This document shows, piece by piece, positions 58,359 through 64,000 of a stretch of 64,000 nt of DNA. Both the position numbers and the translations under genes were made by a program. Below the pieces are notes generated by a model. That model saw only the letters and a list, made by a program, of their open reading frames with translations. It did not search any database and was not told the DNA's origin. The stretch comes from Lepidodermella squamata. Its lineage: Eukaryota > Animalia > Gastrotricha. The stretch covers positions 3,534,001 through 3,598,000 of the forward strand of contig JBLDXI010000015.1 in NCBI GenBank assembly GCA_047495785.1, read 5' to 3'. Numbering within the stretch: position 1 is the first letter of the stretch; each line of letters opens with the position of its first letter.

Positions 58359-59780
58359 ATGTTTGACAGAATAATTAACAGCTTGCCGGTGGAATTTCAT
58401 TTACCGAGTTATCCCGTTCAAGGAGAAATCGTTCCTGGAGGGTCTTATAACAATAAGCAGTCATATAGCTACGCTGGCCCAGGAACACATTTTGCGCAAA
58501 GAATGAGGCAGGGCTACAGAGGTATAAATGAGTTGGACGAGGCAGCCAGAGAACATGACGCTGCCTATCACTTTTACAAAGACAGAGAGCGACGCACCGT
58601 TAGCGATAGAATTCTTGCAGACAAGGCACTCAGGATTGCAAGCGATCTATCGAAAAGTGGTTACGAGAGGGCTATGGCAGCATTTGTCTACAAAACGTTC
58701 GTTGAAGGTGGAATCGCTGACCACCTGCAGGGGAAAGGCATGGTTCTTCGAGATAGGAAACCTGTTAGTTACTCGCAACAAATTCCGAAGCGAAAGACAA
58801 AACAAGAGCCGCCGCGATCAGAAACAGTTAGCAAAATGAAGTTTGAAACATTAGCTGAGGAGCTTCATAAACCCGCAAGAAAGCGGTTTCCAAGACGTCG
58901 CGTTCATGTGCATAACGTTGACGACACATGGGGCATGGACATCGTCTTCATGAACGACTTGACCGATGACAATAATGGCTATAAGTACATTTTAACCGTG
59001 ATATGCTGCTTCAGCAGATATGCATGGGCCGTCCCCTTGAAATCAAAAGACGCAAAAAGTGTTTTCGATGCCTTCTCATCAGTTATAAAGACAAGCCGAC
59101 GACAGCCTAAAAATATTTGGGTCGATGAGGGCAGTGAATTTTATAATTCAATCTTCACTAAATGGTTGAAAGCAAATAAGGTGAATCGGTACTCGACCTA
59201 TGAAAATTTTCATAATCCTATGATCGAGAGGTTTAACAGGACTCTTAAAACTAGAATGTGGAAACGCTTTACACGAAACAACTCACGCAATTGGGTTGCA
59301 ATATTAGATGACCTAGTTAGAGAGTACAACCTTACTAAGCACAGATCGATTCGAATGACGCCAATTCAGGCGACTGATCCAAAGAATAGAGACATCGTTC
59401 ACAACAATTTGTACGCGGAATCAGAGGAAAATAAGTTACTTAAGCCCAAATTCGCTGTTGGTGACATTGTGAGGATCAGTCGACTGAAAGAGACCTTTGA
59501 AAAAGGTTTCCACCCTTCATGGAGTGAAGAACTTCTCAAAGTCGTCAAGGTTAACGAAACCCTTCCTAGAACCTATAAAATTGAGGCTCTAGATGGTGAA
59601 CCAGTAGTAGGTAGCTTCTACGAACAGGAATTGCAGAAATCTTCCCAACAGCAAGAAAACCTTTACCGGGTTGAAAAGATTTTGAGAAGAAAGAAAGTTA
59701 AAGGTAAGGAAATGGTTCACGTCAAATGGGCAGGATATGATAAGCCGACTTGGGAGCCCGCAGATAACTTGTTGGATTAG
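58359..59780 (+). CDS. PLA2-like domain fused to retroviral-type (RVE) integrase with C-terminal chromodomain
   Basis: YAGPGT..NELDEAAREHDAAY (parvoviral PLA2-type); WGMDIV, WVDEGSEF, IERFNRTLK (DDE); YRVEKIL..VKWAGY..TWEP. Confidence 0.93.
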   Translation: MFDRIINSLPVEFHLPSYPVQGEIVPGGSYNNKQSYSYAGPGTHFAQRMRQGYRGINELDEAAREHDAAYHFYKDRERRTVSDRILADKALRIASDLSKSGYERAMAAFVYKTFVEGGIADHLQGKGMVLRDRKPVSYSQQIPKRKTKQEPPRSETVSKMKFETLAEELHKPARKRFPRRRVHVHNVDDTWGMDIVFMNDLTDDNNGYKYILTVICCFSRYAWAVPLKSKDAKSVFDAFSSVIKTSRRQPKNIWVDEGSEFYNSIFTKWLKANKVNRYSTYENFHNPMIERFNRTLKTRMWKRFTRNNSRNWVAILDDLVREYNLTKHRSIRMTPIQATDPKNRDIVHNNLYAESEENKLLKPKFAVGDIVRISRLKETFEKGFHPSWSEELLKVVKVNETLPRTYKIEALDGEPVVGSFYEQELQKSSQQQENLYRVEKILRRKKVKGKEMVHVKWAGYDKPTWEPADNLLD

Positions 59781-59805
59781 TTCAATCATGACCGCACAGT
59801 GAAGC

Positions 59806-60114
59806 CTATGAGAGCAATTTTTGCAGTTTTATTGCCAACATTTGATTTATAATTTCCTCTATATCCTTCGTCGTAAGGTTTTCAGGCTTAGGCTCACACG
59901 TTCTGCCACTTGTGATCGCTCCTTCCATTTGTGAAGTTACTTCATGACATTTTCCCTGTACAGGGTTTGCACGACTTGCTCTAACAACTTCCATAGTTTT
60001 CTTCCAATAGTTTTTGCAAGCTATACGATGCTGATCACGATAGCCTGTCTCGCGTTCTTCTTCAGTCAGATATTTCTTCGGGCGACCTCTTTGCTTAATC
60101 GTGTTTGTAGTCAT
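59806..60114 (-). CDS. Small basic AT-hook protein, divergent from pPolB
   Basis: KQRGRPKKYLTEEER followed by a basic helix. Confidence 0.6.
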   Translation of the reverse strand: MTTNTIKQRGRPKKYLTEEERETGYRDQHRIACKNYWKKTMEVVRASRANPVQGKCHEVTSQMEGAITSGRTCEPKPENLTTKDIEEIINQMLAIKLQKLLS

Positions 60115-60206
60115 TATATATTATCATTAGAAAAAAACTATATAAGATTTTCTGCAATTGCGGAAAATTACTTAAAGATTTTTTTCTTAGTATAATATAT
60201 ACAATC

Positions 60207-63200
60207 ATGACCGACAACAGTGAAACCAATGTAATGGGACCTAACGGTCGTCGTATTAAGGTTGGTGGCCGAGCATACAATACGCTATTGAGGAAGGGTT
60301 TTGAATTAAAAGATAACCGTTGGACGAAGGGTGGGATGCCTTACGAGAGAACCCAACGGAAAACAGTATTAAATCCTATCACGCAAAAATATATTTCTAT
60401 CGGTTCGTCCAATTTCAAAAAACTTGAGAAGGAGTTTTTCTATGACGAAGCGAATAATCAGCTTATGAAACGAGGTGTGAGCAAGATAAAAAGGGGCAGC
60501 CAGGACTATCAGAGGCTGCGTAAAGATGGCTATATCTTGAATTCTGCTGGTGAAATGGTGTTCCGAGGGCAGAAAGAAAATCATGTCATAAATCCTAAGA
60601 CTTTGAAATTCATCAAATGGGGTGGACCAACGTATAACAAGATGATTGCCGACGGCTATATTTATATCGAGCGCATTAACTCTCTCGAGAATAACAATTA
60701 TATGGAATTTAATGAGCAGAAAAATCCCGAGCATTTTAAGAATATCCTCTATAGGTTAGACATTGAAGCTCATAATTCAGGAAGTGATTTCCATCTATTC
60801 ACCGAAAAGGTTAGAGAATCAGTTGTTGATTACGTGCAAGAAAAATTAGAGCAAAATGATAACATTAAAATAGTGTTTAACGCTGATTTGAATTGGAAAA
60901 AAGACAACAATAGTAAATCAGAACATAAATGGTCTTCCGCTGTAAAGGCTGCCCCAGTTATCAGGAAATATGATGACATAGGGAGCGTTGTAGACCAACA
61001 CTTCTCTCAACTTGGTGGTTCCATTGAGAATTACGAGCAGCGCGGCTCCGGATGGATCTTCCAAAACATTTCGCGACTCCGTGTTTGTGCTTTCAGCTAC
61101 TGCCCGTTAGGGACAGGATCTTACATTCCAACACCGAAGTTTATTGCAGATAAAAAGGCCGTTATAAATGTTAAAAACACCGACGATGAATGCATTATCT
61201 GGAGCATGCTGGCTTGCTTGCATCCAGTAGATAAAAATGCACAGGAATCATCCAAGTACAAGTTTTTTAAAAATGAACTGAAACATGACGGTATCAAGTT
61301 TCCCATTTCGTGGAACGACATTTCAAATCTTGAAGATCAGAATAGGATAAAGATCAACGTGATTGAATACAAAGAAAAAGATGGTTGCCATCGCCTCATT
61401 TCATACTACGCGTCGAAGAAACCTTACGCCCAAGAAGTTAACCTTCTGCGAACTACTCTCAGAGACGGTGCTAAGGTGATAGCACACTTCAGCTGGATAA
61501 AAAATTTGAGCCGGTTGCTACCTAGTTCTGATCAGCACAAAAAGCATTGGTGCTTACAGTGTCTGACTGGATTTGACAGCGAAATAAAGCTGAAAGAGCA
61601 TAATTGCATAGTAAATGGCAACGTCATAGTGAAGTTTCCTCCGAAAGGTAGCCGAGTTATTTTCAAAAATTACTACAAGCAGCTTGAAGTACCGTTCGTT
61701 TTCTATTGTGATGCGGAGACTACGCTAACGAATTCCGATGTTCAAAAGGGTAGGTCCTTGATTTATCAGAAGCATGTTGCGAATTCCTTCGGATGTTTAC
61801 TGGCTAGTAAGGTACCTGAAATCCGTTCGAAGTATTGGCAGTTTGAAGGGGCAAATTGTGCGGAGCAGTTCCTGAGATTCTTGATTAAAAAGCAATACAG
61901 TTTGAGGAAATTTATCCAGGAAACCAATAAAGACATGGTGTTATCTCAACCAGAGCAACAAAGTTATGATAATGCACAGCACTGCCATGTTTGCCGAAGC
62001 GCCTTGGGCGACGATAAAGTCCGCGATCATGACCATCTTACAGGCCGTTTCAGGGGAGCTGCTCATAATGCCTGCAATCTGAATTTGAATCTCAAGCATT
62101 CTTTCATCCCGGTTGTTTTTCATAACCTGAGTGGGTACGATTCGCACTTGATAATGCAGGCAGCCGGAAAAGTAGTGAACGAAATCAATGGAGAAAAGAT
62201 TGCAAATTTCAAAAAAGAAGACAAAAAGAAAAGACCAAACCTGTTGACGATTGACGTCATAGCTAATTCCTCGGAAAAGTATTTAAGTTTTAGTATAGGC
62301 AAACTTCGATTTATCGATTCGTTTCAGTTTATGAGTGAAAGCCTGGACCAAATAGTCAGTAATCTGAAAAAATCGGGAAAGAGATTCGCTCATTTTGATG
62401 AACAGCTTTCCAAGTTCACAACTGAACAAAGATCCCTGCTGCTTCGTAAGGGAGTGTATCCGTACGATTATATAGATAGCCTCGACAAACTGAATGAAAC
62501 TCAGCTACCGAATAAGTCACATTTCTCAAACAGACTAAATTCTTGTTCGCTTGATGATAACAAAATCGAAATAACTTCTATATCTGACGAGGATTATGAA
62601 CACGCACAAGCCGTTTGGTCAAAACTGAATTGCAAAACTCTGAAAGACTACCACGACCTGTATTTGAAAACAGATGTTCTCTTGTTAGCAGATTGTTTTG
62701 ACAGTTTTCGAGACACCTGCATAAGCTATTACGATCTGGACCCGGCGCATTATTTAGGTGCACCTGGGTTAAGTTGGGACGCGATGTTGAAATACACACG
62801 TGTTGAACTGGATCTCTTTGATAATAAGGAGATGCTTGAATTCGTTGAAAAAGGCATAAGAGGCGGTATAGCTGTTATTCCTGGGAGGTACGCGAAGGCT
62901 AACAACGAAGGTATGACAGACTATGACGCAAATGCTCCGAAATCGTTTATAATGTATTGGGACGCCAACGCGCTTTATTCTTTCGCGATGACCCAGTGGT
63001 TACCGCAGAAAGACTTCGAATGGATTGGTCCTGAAACAATCACCAAAGATTTCGTGAAGTCAATTGGGGCCAAAGACGAATTCGGGTACATGCTGGAGGT
63101 TGATATCGACTATCCTGCAAGGCTTCATGACTCACATAATGACTATCCGTTTTGTCCAGAGCATATTCTTTGCGAACCGAGCCCTCACATGCAAGATCTG

Positions 63201-64000
63201 CATAAGCAATTAGGACTTAACAGGCCGGCGAAGGTGAAAAAGCTAACACAAAATCTGAACGACAAGAAACATTACGTCATGCACTATCGCGCGCTACAGC
63301 AAGCTCTTGATAATGGTTTAGTTCTGAAAAAGGTGCACCGAGCTTTGAAGTTCAAACAGAGCAATTGGGCCGAGCCCTATATCGCATTCAATACTCGAAA
63401 GCGAAAAGAGGCTAGCAATGAATTCGAGAAGGGGTTTTTCAAACTGATGAATAACGTCATTTTCGGTAAAACTTGTGAGAACGTACGGAATCGCATTGAC
63501 TTAAAACTGGTTACTTGCCCTAAGAAGCTTCAGAAACTCGTAAACAAACCAACATTCAAGGACGCTAAGAAGATAAGTGACGAGCTGTTCAGCGTGGAAA
63601 TGGCAAAAACTGAGATATTTTATGATCGACCAATTATCGTTGGAGCAGCCATTTTGGATTTGTCCAAGGTGCATATGTACGACTTCCACTACAATGTCAT
63701 CAAACGAAAGTACGGCGACAAAGCTAAGCTTCTTTTCACAGACACAGATTCTTTGTGCTACCATATCACAACTGAAGACGTTTACACAGACATGAAACCT
63801 ATCGAAAACCTATTCGATTTCTCTGATTATCCTAAAGATCACTTCCTATTCTCAACTGTCAACTGTAAAACTAACGGCGTATTTAAAGACGAAGCAAAGG
63901 GACGTGTAATACGAGAATTCGCCGGAGCACGATCCAAGGTCTATGCAATTTTGTACTCAGAAAAAGATGAAATAAAAAAGGCGAAGGGAGTTAAGCGGCA
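60207..64000 (+). CDS. polB: Protein-primed family B DNA polymerase (pPolB) with endonuclease VII-like insertion; runs off the window, absent from ORF track
   Basis: Single frame from ATG 60207; YCDAET (ExoI), FHNLSGYDSH (ExoII), RKGVYPYDY, YLKTDVLLLAD, YWDANALY (motif A), KLMNN..FGK (B), FTDTDS (C), KKAKGV. Confidence 0.95.
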   Translation, partial: MTDNSETNVMGPNGRRIKVGGRAYNTLLRKGFELKDNRWTKGGMPYERTQRKTVLNPITQKYISIGSSNFKKLEKEFFYDEANNQLMKRGVSKIKRGSQDYQRLRKDGYILNSAGEMVFRGQKENHVINPKTLKFIKWGGPTYNKMIADGYIYIERINSLENNNYMEFNEQKNPEHFKNILYRLDIEAHNSGSDFHLFTEKVRESVVDYVQEKLEQNDNIKIVFNADLNWKKDNNSKSEHKWSSAVKAAPVIRKYDDIGSVVDQHFSQLGGSIENYEQRGSGWIFQNISRLRVCAFSYCPLGTGSYIPTPKFIADKKAVINVKNTDDECIIWSMLACLHPVDKNAQESSKYKFFKNELKHDGIKFPISWNDISNLEDQNRIKINVIEYKEKDGCHRLISYYASKKPYAQEVNLLRTTLRDGAKVIAHFSWIKNLSRLLPSSDQHKKHWCLQCLTGFDSEIKLKEHNCIVNGNVIVKFPPKGSRVIFKNYYKQLEVPFVFYCDAETTLTNSDVQKGRSLIYQKHVANSFGCLLASKVPEIRSKYWQFEGANCAEQFLRFLIKKQYSLRKFIQETNKDMVLSQPEQQSYDNAQHCHVCRSALGDDKVRDHDHLTGRFRGAAHNACNLNLNLKHSFIPVVFHNLSGYDSHLIMQAAGKVVNEINGEKIANFKKEDKKKRPNLLTIDVIANSSEKYLSFSIGKLRFIDSFQFMSESLDQIVSNLKKSGKRFAHFDEQLSKFTTEQRSLLLRKGVYPYDYIDSLDKLNETQLPNKSHFSNRLNSCSLDDNKIEITSISDEDYEHAQAVWSKLNCKTLKDYHDLYLKTDVLLLADCFDSFRDTCISYYDLDPAHYLGAPGLSWDAMLKYTRVELDLFDNKEMLEFVEKGIRGGIAVIPGRYAKANNEGMTDYDANAPKSFIMYWDANALYSFAMTQWLPQKDFEWIGPETITKDFVKSIGAKDEFGYMLEVDIDYPARLHDSHNDYPFCPEHILCEPSPHMQDLHKQLGLNRPAKVKKLTQNLNDKKHYVMHYRALQQALDNGLVLKKVHRALKFKQSNWAEPYIAFNTRKRKEASNEFEKGFFKLMNNVIFGKTCENVRNRIDLKLVTCPKKLQKLVNKPTFKDAKKISDELFSVEMAKTEIFYDRPIIVGAAILDLSKVHMYDFHYNVIKRKYGDKAKLLFTDTDSLCYHITTEDVYTDMKPIENLFDFSDYPKDHFLFSTVNCKTNGVFKDEAKGRVIREFAGARSKVYAILYSEKDEIKKAKGVKR

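Larger units (their letters stand above)
48867..64000. mobile_element. Polinton/Maverick (adintovirus-like) endogenous virus; right end outside window, left boundary tentative
   Basis: Intronless, tightly packed pPolB, RVE integrase, packaging ATPase, adenain, MCP and penton genes; candidate terminus AGTAGT at 48867. Confidence 0.93.

Noticed and set aside
58323-58400. ORF-track N-terminal extension of the ATPase overlapping the integrase start
   Set aside because: It would overlap the divergent integrase gene; the AUG at 58322 sits closer to the conserved core and is the more plausible start
60369-63795. Short ORFs listed by the track in 60.3-63.8 kb
   Set aside because: They are antisense or off-frame shadows of the single long pPolB frame starting at 60207
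1-64000. tRNA, rRNA or prokaryotic operons
   Set aside because: None recognised by eye; a covariance-model scan was not possible

Overview
Eukaryotic (invertebrate-type) genomic DNA with many ~50-60 nt GT-AG introns; the ORF track therefore shows exon fragments. Positions ~1-48.8 kb are host genes. They are: a tandem pair of unfamiliar secreted proteins, PHYHD1, a STELLO/DUF288-like protein, and two paralogous receptor tyrosine kinases whose ectodomains are catalytically dead trypsin-fold domains. Also present are a SOL-1/LEV-10-like 5xCUB-LDLa-TM protein, an ionotropic glutamate receptor with an atypical pore, an ankyrin protein, a rhodopsin-class GPCR, two tandem GABA-B-like class C GPCRs and a sulfotransferase, interspersed with MITEs. 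From ~48.9 kb to the window end lies an apparently intact Polinton/Maverick (adintovirus-like) endogenous virus. It carries pPolB (missed by the ORF track because it runs off the window), PLA2-integrase-chromodomain, packaging ATPase, major and minor capsid proteins, adenain protease, VLTF3-like, fibre-like and core-protein genes. Two observations stand out. (1) The viral protease has no AUG and overlaps the upstream core-protein gene in the -1 frame exactly at an A_AAA_AAC slippery heptamer, suggesting gag-pro-like programmed frameshifting. (2) The pseudoprotease-RTK gene pair has MET-like kinase domains. All calls were made by eye; no database searches were run.
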